From: a virus | Direction: 5' to 3' (one strand) | DNA length: 64,000 nucleotides | Virus record (IMG/VR): IMGVR_UViG_3300029319_009044 | Coordinates: 96,001 to 160,000 of that record | In this document: in pieces, positions 47,472-56,940 of the stretch | How positions within the stretch are numbered: position 1 is the first letter of the stretch | Layout of the letters: each line of letters opens with the position of its first letter | Program-made: the position numbers and the translations under genes | Notes under the pieces: model-generated | Told to the model about the DNA's origin: nothing | Seen by the model: only the letters and a program-made list of their open reading frames with translations | The model's database searches: none

Positions 47472-49525
47472 AATTTTTTAATATAAATGCTTATGCAATA
47501 TGCTTAGCAGTTACTGTAGTTATGGTTCTATTAAGAATATTTGATCCTTTTTTTATAGAAACTGCTCGACTTAAAGGTATAGACTATTATCAAAATAAAC
47601 AAGAAAAAGTTATATCAGAAAATATAGCTATTATTGAAATTGATGAGAATAGTTTAGATGAATATGGTCAGTGGCCTTGGAATAGAAGTTTGATTGCTGG
47701 GGGTATAGCAAAAGCTTTTGAAAGTGGAGCTCAATTAGTAGTGGTACCTATTTTATTTGCAGAAAAGGATAGACTTGGAGGTGATAAAGACTTAGTAAAT
47801 TTATTAAGCGAAGCACCAGTTATTATAGGCCAATCAGCAAGTACAAAAGGTAAAGGATCTCCAGTTCCAAGAGGATTAGCTACTATTGGTGAACCGTTAG
47901 GAGACTGGCTTTATGATTACCCTGAAGCTATAGGACCTGTAAAAGAGTTAGGAGAAGTTGCTGCTGGAGTAGGTATGATACTAACAGCTCCAGAATTAGA
48001 TGGAGTAGTTAGAAGAATGCCTTTAGTTATTCAAATAAAAGGTGAAGCATACCCTACTATACCTTTAGAAGTTATAAGATTATTTTCAGGTGAGCAATCT
48101 TATCAGGCTAAAGTTGGTTTAGGCGGTGTTGAAGCTATAAGAGTTCCAGGATTTGATCCTATAGCTACTGACGAAAACTCTAGAGTTTGGCTCAATTTTA
48201 AATATAATTTTAATAAAGTATCTTTTAATGAAACTGATTGGTCAGTAGTTAAAGATAAAATTGCTGTTATAGGGTTAACAGGGGAAGGTTTAGCTAATAC
48301 AGTAGCTACTTCAACAGGTATAAGCTATGGACATGAAATTACTAGCCAAGCTTTACAAATGCTAATTGATGAATCTAGATTACAAAGACCTACTGAATCC
48401 ACTATATTAGAAGTAATTATTACAGCATCATTCTGCTCGCTTCTTATCATTGGAGCTCTCTGGTTATCCTATAAGTTTAGCTTAGTATTAATAATAGCTT
48501 CTTTAGCTGCTGGACCATTTATCGGAAATATCTTTTATAATAATAATGGTTGGTTAATAGATTATACTTGGCCTTTTGCATGTATATTTGTTACCTGGGC
48601 TTGTGCAACATTCATAAGATTTATTAATGAAAGCAAATCTAAACAACAGATAAAGAAACAATTTGAACATTATCTTGCTCCTCCCATAGTTAAATTATTG
48701 CAAAAGGATCCTACATTACTAAAGCTTGGAGGCGATACTAGAGAGTTATCTATATTGTTTAGCGATTTAAGAGGGTTTACTTCTATAAGCGAACATTTTA
48801 AAAGCAACCCTCAAGGTTTAACGGAATTAATAAACAGATACCTTACTCCGATGACAGGGTGTGTTATAGATCACAATGGTACAGTAGATAAATTTATTGG
48901 TGATGCTTTAATGGCCTTTTGGAATGCACCGTTAGATGTAAAAGACCATAGAGAAAAATCTATATACTGCGGTATAAAAATGTTTGATTTACTAGCTAAA
49001 CTTAATAAGGAAGTAATTAACGAAGGTTTAGATGAATTAAAAATAGGGGTAGGTATTAATACTGGTGATGTAGTAGTAGGTAATATGGGATCAGAACAAC
49101 GGTTTGACTATACATGTTTAGGCGATGCAGTAAATTTATCTTCTAGATTAGAAGGTCAGACAAAAGATTATAGAGTAGGTATCATAGTGGGTGAAGGAAC
49201 AGTAAAAGGAATAGAAGATAGATTTAAATTTGTAGAATTAGATAAAATAGCAGTCAAAGGAAAAGAAGAAGGGGTAAGAATTTACACCATTTTAAATAAT
49301 ACATCTAGATGTGCTAATGGAGGCGATGTAACTCATCATAATACATTCTTAACATTCTATAGAAAACAACACTGGAATAGAGCATTAAAAATGATTGATT
49401 TAAATCAAATTACATACCCGGAGTTAAAAGGTTATTATGAAATGATGAGAGAGAGAATAGAAACTCTCAAAGTTAATAAGCCTGGAAAAGGTTGGGATAC
49501 AATTTATAGAGCTACTTCGAAATAA
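47468..49525 (+). CDS. CHASE2-domain membrane adenylate cyclase (class III)
   Basis: IDE.SL..YGQWPWNR, DGVVRRMPL, three TM helices; LFSDLRGFT, DKFIGDALMAFW, GINTG...VGNMGS, DYT.LGDAVNLSSRLE, VKGK. Confidence 0.93.
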   Translation: MKFFNINAYAICLAVTVVMVLLRIFDPFFIETARLKGIDYYQNKQEKVISENIAIIEIDENSLDEYGQWPWNRSLIAGGIAKAFESGAQLVVVPILFAEKDRLGGDKDLVNLLSEAPVIIGQSASTKGKGSPVPRGLATIGEPLGDWLYDYPEAIGPVKELGEVAAGVGMILTAPELDGVVRRMPLVIQIKGEAYPTIPLEVIRLFSGEQSYQAKVGLGGVEAIRVPGFDPIATDENSRVWLNFKYNFNKVSFNETDWSVVKDKIAVIGLTGEGLANTVATSTGISYGHEITSQALQMLIDESRLQRPTESTILEVIITASFCSLLIIGALWLSYKFSLVLIIASLAAGPFIGNIFYNNNGWLIDYTWPFACIFVTWACATFIRFINESKSKQQIKKQFEHYLAPPIVKLLQKDPTLLKLGGDTRELSILFSDLRGFTSISEHFKSNPQGLTELINRYLTPMTGCVIDHNGTVDKFIGDALMAFWNAPLDVKDHREKSIYCGIKMFDLLAKLNKEVINEGLDELKIGVGINTGDVVVGNMGSEQRFDYTCLGDAVNLSSRLEGQTKDYRVGIIVGEGTVKGIEDRFKFVELDKIAVKGKEEGVRIYTILNNTSRCANGGDVTHHNTFLTFYRKQHWNRALKMIDLNQITYPELKGYYEMMRERIETLKVNKPGKGWDTIYRATSK

Positions 49526-49682
49526 TAAACGAAGCAAGTGCCCAAGCTGGACCAACCATTAAGGTAATTCCAACTATCCATACTAAAGTATATAATAAGA
49601 ATCTTTTAAAAGGATGATTTACTAAAGGAAAAAACTCTCTATCGTTTGCACGAGTTATAATTGTCTGATGATTTTCTTTCAC
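49512..49682 (-). CDS. Small membrane protein (56 aa)
   Basis: Manual translation MKENHQTIITRANDREFFPLVNHPFKRFLLYTLVWIVGITLMVGPAWALASFIISK from GTG; TAAATA 6 nt upstream. Confidence 0.5.
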   Translation of the reverse strand: MKENHQTIITRANDREFFPLVNHPFKRFLLYTLVWIVGITLMVGPAWALASFIISK

Positions 49683-49691
49683 TTTATTTAT

Positions 49692-50483
49692 TTAATCTAT
49701 AATAAGCTTTTTGAACTCATCTACATTGTAAAGAATATCTCTCTTCTGTTCTTCATCTACAGAAGAGTTAATAAGATCAGCTAAAAGTGTTTTAGGTTTA
49801 TCTAGTAATCCAATACCTTTATAGTATCTTTTACCAAGAAGACCTGCTACAACAGGGTTAGAAGTATCTACAGATCTAATACTGCTAATATACTTATAGT
49901 CTTTAAACTCACGCGCTAAAGAACAACCTAGCAAATGATGCGGTTTACTATGATCCCATATACCATCATCAATAAGCATCTTAATAAGACGTCTTCTACC
50001 CTTCATTTGCTGTTCTAGTTTACAGCCTATATTAGAGAAAGTAATAGTTTCATACCAAGAGTAATCAAAAGAAATAGCAATATAGTCAGCATGATTAGCC
50101 ATAAACCTATAACACTCTACTAACTCTTGATACGTTTTACCTTGTACAACTCCTATCTTTAAGCCAGGTAAGTCAGGGTAATTTAAAGTAAACTTATTAA
50201 ATGAAGAGCAAGTTTGTTGACTATCTTCTAGTACATCAGGAACAACATAGTATGTAGGTTCTAACTCCACAACATACTTAGCAAATTTCTTAGGATCAAA
50301 TGAATGACCTAATTCAAAAATAGAATTATCTAGTAAAACTTCACGACCTAAGGTTAAAGAAACTTTAAAGAAGTTATAATATTCAGGCTCTTCATCAAAT
50401 AAATGTACAAGAGCGTAATCATAATCATTATAATTACGAGAATCATATAACATCGATATAGGAGATTCATGACTTACAAGCAT
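49692..50483 (-). CDS. TGT-fold 7-deazaguanine insertion enzyme (phage DpdA-like)
   Basis: LLDNSIFELG, PDVLED, IGVVQG, HHLLG, IRSVDTS match TGT/DpdA barrel motifs; co-occurs with queE and queF. Confidence 0.7.
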   Translation of the reverse strand: MLVSHESPISMLYDSRNYNDYDYALVHLFDEEPEYYNFFKVSLTLGREVLLDNSIFELGHSFDPKKFAKYVVELEPTYYVVPDVLEDSQQTCSSFNKFTLNYPDLPGLKIGVVQGKTYQELVECYRFMANHADYIAISFDYSWYETITFSNIGCKLEQQMKGRRRLIKMLIDDGIWDHSKPHHLLGCSLAREFKDYKYISSIRSVDTSNPVVAGLLGKRYYKGIGLLDKPKTLLADLINSSVDEEQKRDILYNVDEFKKLIID

Positions 50484-50488
50484 ATCTT

Positions 50489-50516
50489 ATTATAGGTACT
50501 TGTGTTATAAGTTCAA
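50489..50516 (-). promoter_or_regulatory. Sigma70-like promoter of the DpdA-like gene
   Basis: TTGAAC-N16-TATAAT-N5-ATG(50483). Confidence 0.7.
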
Positions 50517-50533
50517 GGATTAAATATATGTGA

Positions 50534-51685
50534 ATGTACGTAAGAGGTTCAGATAAAAATGTTGAATATAAAAGAGATCTAAATGGATTTTTTAGAGGTA
50601 TAGTAGTTTCTGATTTTGATCCATTATATTTACAAAGAGTAAAAATTTTTATACCTGAAATAACTAATATTGAAACTGGGGCTGATATGAATCAATTTAT
50701 TGCTCCTGATAAAGACGGGTCTATAAAGCCTAATTTTCATCAAAAATTACTAGATCTGCTCCCATACGCTGAGCAAGCTTCTGGGTTATGGGGTGAAAGA
50801 GGGGTTAGTCATTATAGCGCTAAAGAAAAAAGCCAAGTTAGTAAAGCAACATACGTAGAAAATAATACACGAAATAAAGTACCTAATAGTAAAGATGGTG
50901 GAGTTTATCCTCGCATGACTATAGCTAATAGAGATAATACTGGAGCTGGTTCTTCAATTGATGATTTTGCAAATATTAATCCAAATGCAGCAAGTTATAT
51001 ACCCGTCAATTCTGGACCACTAACTAGTGGATTTTATGGTGTGCCATCAGTAGGAAGTAAGGTGTGGTTATTTTTTGAACGAGGGGATATTAATTTACCA
51101 ATTTATTTTGCATCATGTCCTAATATGAAAGAGACTATGCAAGTAACTAAAGATGGTACATCAGGTGCACCCGCAGGGTACAGTACAGATTATAATCCAC
51201 AGGGTGCAGAGGATACTCCGCCAGAACCATTAGGTGCTAGAGTTGTACCTGGTCAAGATGTCCCTGGTACTGATCTTACAGAATTTGTAAAAGAATTTGA
51301 AGGTTATAATCCAAATTCTTATTGGGATTATGGGCAATATTCTATAGGCTATGGTACTAAAGCTAAACCTGGAGAAACAACTATTACACAAGAAGAAGCA
51401 ACTAGTAGATTAAATTCAGAACTTAGTGAAGCTAGAGGATATGTTGAACGTTATAATGCTTCTCAAAATAGAAATTGGTCTGAAAATCAAATAGATGCTT
51501 TAACTTCTTTTACTTATAATACAGGACCAGGTAACTTACAGACTTTATTACAAGGAGGTAATCGTAACAATCAACAAGTTGCAGAGGCTATGCTTTTATA
51601 TAAGAAAGCAGGTGGTAAGACTTTAAGAGGATTAGTAAGAAGAAGGCAAGCTGAACGTCAATTATTTTTAGAAGGTTATAGTTAA
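50534..51685 (+). CDS. Baseplate spike gp5 N-terminal part: OB-fold plus GH24-type lysozyme
   Basis: FRGIVV..DP..LQRVKIFIP and VPSVGSKVWLFFE.GD...PIYF (gp5 OB fold); KEFEG...YSIGYG...GLVRRR.AE..LF (lysozyme). Confidence 0.85.
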   Translation: MYVRGSDKNVEYKRDLNGFFRGIVVSDFDPLYLQRVKIFIPEITNIETGADMNQFIAPDKDGSIKPNFHQKLLDLLPYAEQASGLWGERGVSHYSAKEKSQVSKATYVENNTRNKVPNSKDGGVYPRMTIANRDNTGAGSSIDDFANINPNAASYIPVNSGPLTSGFYGVPSVGSKVWLFFERGDINLPIYFASCPNMKETMQVTKDGTSGAPAGYSTDYNPQGAEDTPPEPLGARVVPGQDVPGTDLTEFVKEFEGYNPNSYWDYGQYSIGYGTKAKPGETTITQEEATSRLNSELSEARGYVERYNASQNRNWSENQIDALTSFTYNTGPGNLQTLLQGGNRNNQQVAEAMLLYKKAGGKTLRGLVRRRQAERQLFLEGYS

Positions 51686-51686
51686 T

Positions 51687-53423
51687 ATGAATAAGGAAGC
51701 ATTAGAAGCAAATCAAGATTTATATAAAAATAAAGCTGTATTTAATCAACGTGGAGGTTCATTAGAGTTTAATAATTCTACTGGAGAAGAGAGTATATAT
51801 CTAACTAATTATCACGGTAGTAATATAAAAATTACACCGCAAGTTACTTCAGAATATGCTAAAGAGAATAAACAGCTTTTGGTGGTTAATGATAATTTTG
51901 AAACAGTTAGAAACGATAAGCATTTATCTGTAGGTGGTAATTATGTTAAAAAAGTTACAGGTTCTACAGTATATCAAAGTGGCTTTTCTAACGAAGAGCA
52001 AATTAAAGCTATAGAAGATTGGAAAGAAGAGTATAGACCTGTAGCTGAACGTAATTCAATGTTTGCTATTCAACGTGGAGGAGAGAGTTATCCTAATGGA
52101 GTTGTAACTCCTAAATCAGGTACAAAGAGTCAAAATCCTTCTAAAAGTCAAGAAATTTATTTGAATGAAGATCAAGGCTTTCCTTCTACAAATGCTTCTA
52201 GTTCTGAAGTTAATAGTAGTAGCAATCAAGTAAATTCTTATTCAAATTATAATGTTCAACCCTCTCGTAGAGTAGTTCTCAACCCTTCGGTAGCTGATTA
52301 TGGTGACGATGAGAATCCGGCTACAGAAGGAGGAAGTTTTGACCCTACTATTGAAAAAGAAAAATTAGATGAAGAAATAACGAGACTACAAGAAGAAAAA
52401 TTAACTGATTTAGAACTTAAAGCATTTGGCGATGGTCCTAATGTAGGTGGAGATGATCAAGAGTTTACTTTTAGAAATAAAGTTATTATGGTTGGAGCTA
52501 CTTTTAATGATTATCCATCTATTAGATTTGATGATACAGGAAGATCGACTCCAGGAAGAGTAACTGTAGGTACACATGCAGGTGCGTATGTAGATGTAGA
52601 GTCAGTTCCTCATGTAGAAGAAGTTGATAATAGTAAATTTCCAGTTGGTAACTATACTGTACAGGCAGCTAACAAATATAATATTAGTGTAGGTTCTGGG
52701 GGTATAGATGTAAAAACTACTGGACCTGTCGAAGTAGGTGCTACAAGTTATAAACTAGCTGCCCATAAAGTTACTATTAACTCTTCTAAAGGTATACATA
52801 TAGGTAGTGAAAATTTAGTTGAAATAAATTCTTTAAAAAATATTTCTCTTCGCTCTAATAAACAAATTTATATCGAACCAGGATTAGGAGTTAAAAATAA
52901 TTTAATAGTTGGTGGAGGTAGCTATCTTCAAGGAGAAACTTATTTACATCATGTAACTGCTCCTGCAGAGTTACAACAAACAGAAGATACAACAGTATTT
53001 GGTAAATTAGTAAATGGGTTAAAATTTAGAGCTGATATAGATTTAGGATTTCCTCTAGGTACTATTCGTAATTGTCCTATAACTATTAGATCTAGTGATA
53101 ATGATATAATAGAAATGGTTCCTCATTCACATCACTTTAAAAATCTACCTTTAAGATTAACAGAATCTGGAGCTAATATAAGAGAGATGGCTAGTGCTGA
53201 AGATATAAATGTAGATGGTTTTAGTACACCAGCATTGCCTATAGGACATGGAAAAAAGAATCCTAGTACTACTCCAGCTGCTCCTATACCATTAGAACGA
53301 GAAAATGAAAGTACCTTGCTACCTCATGATAGAAGAAGAGTTACTATTGATGGTGATATAAAACCGCCTTTTCCTCAGGTTGAAAAAGATGGTTCTTTTG
53401 CTAAAGAAACGCCTACTAATTAG
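51687..53423 (+). CDS. Baseplate spike gp5 C-terminal beta-helix-like protein
   Basis: GGSLEFNNSTGEESI.L....GS, then V.ND.F.TV.ND.HL.V.GN beta-helix repeats; HSHHF near the end. Confidence 0.65.
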   Translation: MNKEALEANQDLYKNKAVFNQRGGSLEFNNSTGEESIYLTNYHGSNIKITPQVTSEYAKENKQLLVVNDNFETVRNDKHLSVGGNYVKKVTGSTVYQSGFSNEEQIKAIEDWKEEYRPVAERNSMFAIQRGGESYPNGVVTPKSGTKSQNPSKSQEIYLNEDQGFPSTNASSSEVNSSSNQVNSYSNYNVQPSRRVVLNPSVADYGDDENPATEGGSFDPTIEKEKLDEEITRLQEEKLTDLELKAFGDGPNVGGDDQEFTFRNKVIMVGATFNDYPSIRFDDTGRSTPGRVTVGTHAGAYVDVESVPHVEEVDNSKFPVGNYTVQAANKYNISVGSGGIDVKTTGPVEVGATSYKLAAHKVTINSSKGIHIGSENLVEINSLKNISLRSNKQIYIEPGLGVKNNLIVGGGSYLQGETYLHHVTAPAELQQTEDTTVFGKLVNGLKFRADIDLGFPLGTIRNCPITIRSSDNDIIEMVPHSHHFKNLPLRLTESGANIREMASAEDINVDGFSTPALPIGHGKKNPSTTPAAPIPLERENESTLLPHDRRRVTIDGDIKPPFPQVEKDGSFAKETPTN

Positions 53424-54034
53424 ACTATTTCATCAACTAGACCATATTCTAAACATACTTTACTATCAAACCATAAGTCATGCTTAAGAATTTCATCAAG
53501 CTTTTTCATCGGTAAATTAGTATACTCTTTGTAAATCTTTTTTATAGTAGCCATAAGATGTTTATTATTTTCCATATCATCTTCAAGCTCTGTATACTTA
53601 CCGTATACACCAGCGCTTAATTGATGTATAAGCATCTTAGAATATTTTCCTATAAATCTCTTTTTACATGCAACAGAGATAATAGTAGCTGCAGAAGCAG
53701 CTGCTCCTTCTATATAAGAATGAACATCACATTTTAAATTTCTAATAACATCAACAGTAGCTAGTCCAGCAAAAAGTGAACCTCCGTATGAATTTATTCT
53801 TAAATTTATAACCGGTTTTATATCTAAAAATACTTTAGTAACTGAAAGTTTTTTATCTAATTCATATAAAGAAGCATTTAATTCTAATGCATTACTTTCT
53901 AAAATATCACCATAAAAATATATGTTATTCTCTACAGTTTTAGTTACTGACCCTCCTCCGGATGCTCCTGCATTTATATATTGTGATGTATTAGTTTCAG
54001 TACCTTCTTCTTGATTATCATATTTCCATTTCAT
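53420..54034 (-). CDS. ClpP-like serine protease
   Basis: IYFYGDI, INSYGG, GAAASAAT (Ser), MLIHQ (His), DLWF...CLEYGLVDEI; start moved to ATG 54034. Confidence 0.85.
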   Translation of the reverse strand: MKWKYDNQEEGTETNTSQYINAGASGGGSVTKTVENNIYFYGDILESNALELNASLYELDKKLSVTKVFLDIKPVINLRINSYGGSLFAGLATVDVIRNLKCDVHSYIEGAAASAATIISVACKKRFIGKYSKMLIHQLSAGVYGKYTELEDDMENNKHLMATIKKIYKEYTNLPMKKLDEILKHDLWFDSKVCLEYGLVDEIV

Positions 54035-54047
54035 ATTTAAATTGAGT

Positions 54048-55694
54048 TTAACTTTCGCATGATGTGCATTCATTTAAAGAACGAGCTAACTCTTGCGCAG
54101 GATTAGCACTCCGTTGATAGTATAATGACTTAATACCGTTTTCCCAGGCCCATACAATAAGTTCATTTACTTCTTTAGGTTTAGTTTTAGGAGGAACTTG
54201 TATATTAATAGATTGACCTTGGTCAATATATGGTTGACGTTGAGCTGCTTGAATAAGAATTTCTTTTTGAGATATTTCTCCAAAAGTTTTAAATACTTCT
54301 TTTTCGTGATCAGTTAAAAACTTTAAGTGTTGAACTGATCCACCTTTTTGCAATATACTTCTCCAAGTAGGTATATCATCTTTATCATACTGCTTGAGTA
54401 CTTTAGTAAGTTCAGGATTTTTATAAGTAAATTTACCTTTTGCGAGGTCTTTAGTAAAGTAATTACTATTAAGAGGTTCTATTGAAGGGCTAATTTGACC
54501 TAAGATAAATGAGCTACTGGTAGTAGGAGCTATAGCTACTAAACAACTATTACGTAAGCCATACCCTTCCATGAGTGAAGGTACACCATATTCGATTGCC
54601 ATCTCTTTTGAAGCAACAATTGTTCTTTCTTGAATAGTTTTAAAGATAAGAGAATTTTCTAGCTTAGCTTCCATTGACTCAAAAGCAATACTCTCTTGCT
54701 GTAAATATGAATGCCAACCTAATACCCCTACACCTAAAGCTCTTTGCGTTAAAGCAAACTTATGAGGTGATTCCATATTCTTAACTCCTCTAGTTTTATT
54801 AATAAACTCTGTCATAACTGCATCTAAGAAGTATGTTAGAGTTTCAATGGCGTCAGTTTCTACAATCTCTTTCCATTTAGCAAGATTAAGAGAGGAAAGA
54901 TCACATACAAAAGATTCGTCTGCTTCAGATGATAGAAAAATCTCAGTACATAAATTTGAAGCATGAATACGCTTACCTTTATCTTTATATACCTGCGGTG
55001 CATTGTTATTTGCATTATCTGAAAAGAAGATATATGGGTATCCAGATTCGTATCGTTTTTTAATAACTTTACCCCATATGCTTCGTTTCTTTTTGTCACC
55101 ATCTAACATAGACTTCATCCACTCATCATTTACAGTAACACCTATAGATAAGTCTTGTATAGCATTTCCTTCACCTCTTATGCCTAAAAACTCTTCAATA
55201 TCACCATGATCAATAGGAATATAAGCAGCAAAAGAGCCTCTACGTACATTACTTTGTGAAATATAGTTTGTTAAAGCATCAAAAACTGTTAACTGATGAT
55301 GAACACCAGTAGATGTTCCACCTGTTGAAATTGCAGCTCCTCTTGGTCTAACATCACCGAAATAAGCAGATGTACCACCACCTACTTTAGACATAGTACC
55401 TACTTCAGCGATCTTACCTAGAATTTGCTCCATATCATCAGGGATATAAGATCCAAAACATGATATAGGTAAACCTCTTTCTCTACCAAAATTTGACCAT
55501 ATAGGAGATGATAGAGAATAGAATCCCTTATGCATATAGTCTATGAACTTATCTGCCCATCCATCAATACCTAAATATTCTTGCGCTTTATATGCAATAT
55601 CTTCTATTCGTTGTTCAGGATTTTCACCAGGTAATAAATACCCTCTTTCAAGAAACTTACGAGAATCTTCGTTAAGCCAATAAATTTCACTCAT
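54048..55694 (-). CDS. nrdA: Ribonucleotide reductase class I alpha subunit (no ATP cone)
   Basis: PISCF, RRGS, SNLCTEI, CDLSSLN, AIAPTTSSS, IDQGQS, KSLYY, C-terminal CTSCES. Confidence 0.95.
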   Translation of the reverse strand: MSEIYWLNEDSRKFLERGYLLPGENPEQRIEDIAYKAQEYLGIDGWADKFIDYMHKGFYSLSSPIWSNFGRERGLPISCFGSYIPDDMEQILGKIAEVGTMSKVGGGTSAYFGDVRPRGAAISTGGTSTGVHHQLTVFDALTNYISQSNVRRGSFAAYIPIDHGDIEEFLGIRGEGNAIQDLSIGVTVNDEWMKSMLDGDKKKRSIWGKVIKKRYESGYPYIFFSDNANNNAPQVYKDKGKRIHASNLCTEIFLSSEADESFVCDLSSLNLAKWKEIVETDAIETLTYFLDAVMTEFINKTRGVKNMESPHKFALTQRALGVGVLGWHSYLQQESIAFESMEAKLENSLIFKTIQERTIVASKEMAIEYGVPSLMEGYGLRNSCLVAIAPTTSSSFILGQISPSIEPLNSNYFTKDLAKGKFTYKNPELTKVLKQYDKDDIPTWRSILQKGGSVQHLKFLTDHEKEVFKTFGEISQKEILIQAAQRQPYIDQGQSINIQVPPKTKPKEVNELIVWAWENGIKSLYYQRSANPAQELARSLNECTSCES

Positions 55695-55708
55695 AATAAT
55701 ATAATCTT

Positions 55709-56692
55709 CTAGAATAGATCATCTTCATCAAATGACTGACTCTTTTTAGAGTACTCAACAGGTCGTGAATGAAAGAAATCAGTCATATTGTTTCCAAGAA
55801 GTTCTTCTTCAAACCACATTGTAGCCTCTAGAAGTTCATTATCAACGTCAAATACGGGTTTAAATCCAATTTGTTCAAGAGAAGAATTAATTCTATTCTT
55901 TATAAATTCTTTTACAGTATCAGCATCTAGACCAGGCTCTTTAATACCATTAATCATCCAATCAACTATTTTAGCCTCTGAGTTATATGCTTCAATAGCT
56001 TCTCCTCTTATGCGTTCTTCTAACTCATCATCAAATAGCTCTGGTAATTCTTCGCGTATAGTGTTTATAATTTTAATACCTACTAAAGCATGAATATTTT
56101 CTTCATTTCGGGTGTATTTAACTTGCTGATCAGTATCTTTTAACACGTTTTTAAATCTTGCAAACCAGTTTATAACATAAAATTGTGAAAAGAGAGAAAC
56201 ATTCTCAACAAATAAAGTAAAAAGTGTCAAAGCATATAAGTATTGCTTTTTAGAACTGCTATAAAACTTATGTGTGTATTTTCTAAGATACTTTACTCGT
56301 CCTTGAATAAAGTCAAGTTTAAGATTTTTCTCAAATATATCCTCCATATCAAGTACAGTTAGAAGTCTTTCATAAGCATTATTATGAATTACTTCAGTAT
56401 TAGCCATAACATAACCTAAATCTTGAAGTGCTGGGTGTGGTAAATTTTCACCTAACTTAGCCCAAAAACTTTTTACAGCAACTTCAATTTGACCAATAGC
56501 AGATAATACTCTTACAACAATCTCTCTTTCTTGATCAGTAAGCTGTGTCTTAAATTGTTGAACGTCTGACGCAAAAGAAAACTCTTTATCAGTCCAAAAT
56601 CCATTATGCATAGATTCTATAAATTGTTCCGTCCAAGGATATAGATTTGGCTTTCTAGATAACTGTTCCGTAAATATAGTACTCCCGTCCAT
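55709..56692 (-). CDS. nrdB: Ribonucleotide reductase class I beta subunit
   Basis: QIEVAV, EVIHNNAY, VENVSLFSQF, EENIH, DFFHSRPVEY. Confidence 0.95.
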   Translation of the reverse strand: MDGSTIFTEQLSRKPNLYPWTEQFIESMHNGFWTDKEFSFASDVQQFKTQLTDQEREIVVRVLSAIGQIEVAVKSFWAKLGENLPHPALQDLGYVMANTEVIHNNAYERLLTVLDMEDIFEKNLKLDFIQGRVKYLRKYTHKFYSSSKKQYLYALTLFTLFVENVSLFSQFYVINWFARFKNVLKDTDQQVKYTRNEENIHALVGIKIINTIREELPELFDDELEERIRGEAIEAYNSEAKIVDWMINGIKEPGLDADTVKEFIKNRINSSLEQIGFKPVFDVDNELLEATMWFEEELLGNNMTDFFHSRPVEYSKKSQSFDEDDLF

Positions 56693-56706
56693 TATATACT
56701 CCTACT

Positions 56707-56940
56707 TTACTGTACTGGAATTGAGGTTTGTAAACTACCATGTGGGAGAGCAAAAGTCTTTACATGCTTTTTTCCTGCTGCTTCAACTGTAACAGTTAGT
56801 ATGTGGCCGGCTATGTAAGGTTGAGATACTATATTACCACCAACAGTAATAACTCTATATAATTGTCCGGTTCCTGCTTCGAATATTTTTACTGTAGTAT
56901 TCGAGCCCTGCTGTGCGATAAATTGTTTAGTCTTGCTCAT
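56707..56940 (-). CDS. Hypothetical protein
   Basis: 77 aa ORF in the operon; TATAAATA upstream. Confidence 0.5.
   Translation of the reverse strand: MSKTKQFIAQQGSNTTVKIFEAGTGQLYRVITVGGNIVSQPYIAGHILTVTVEAAGKKHVKTFALPHGSLQTSIPVQ

Noticed and set aside
54048-56692. Introns or inteins in nrdA/nrdB
   Set aside because: Both ORFs are continuous and compact with no insertion
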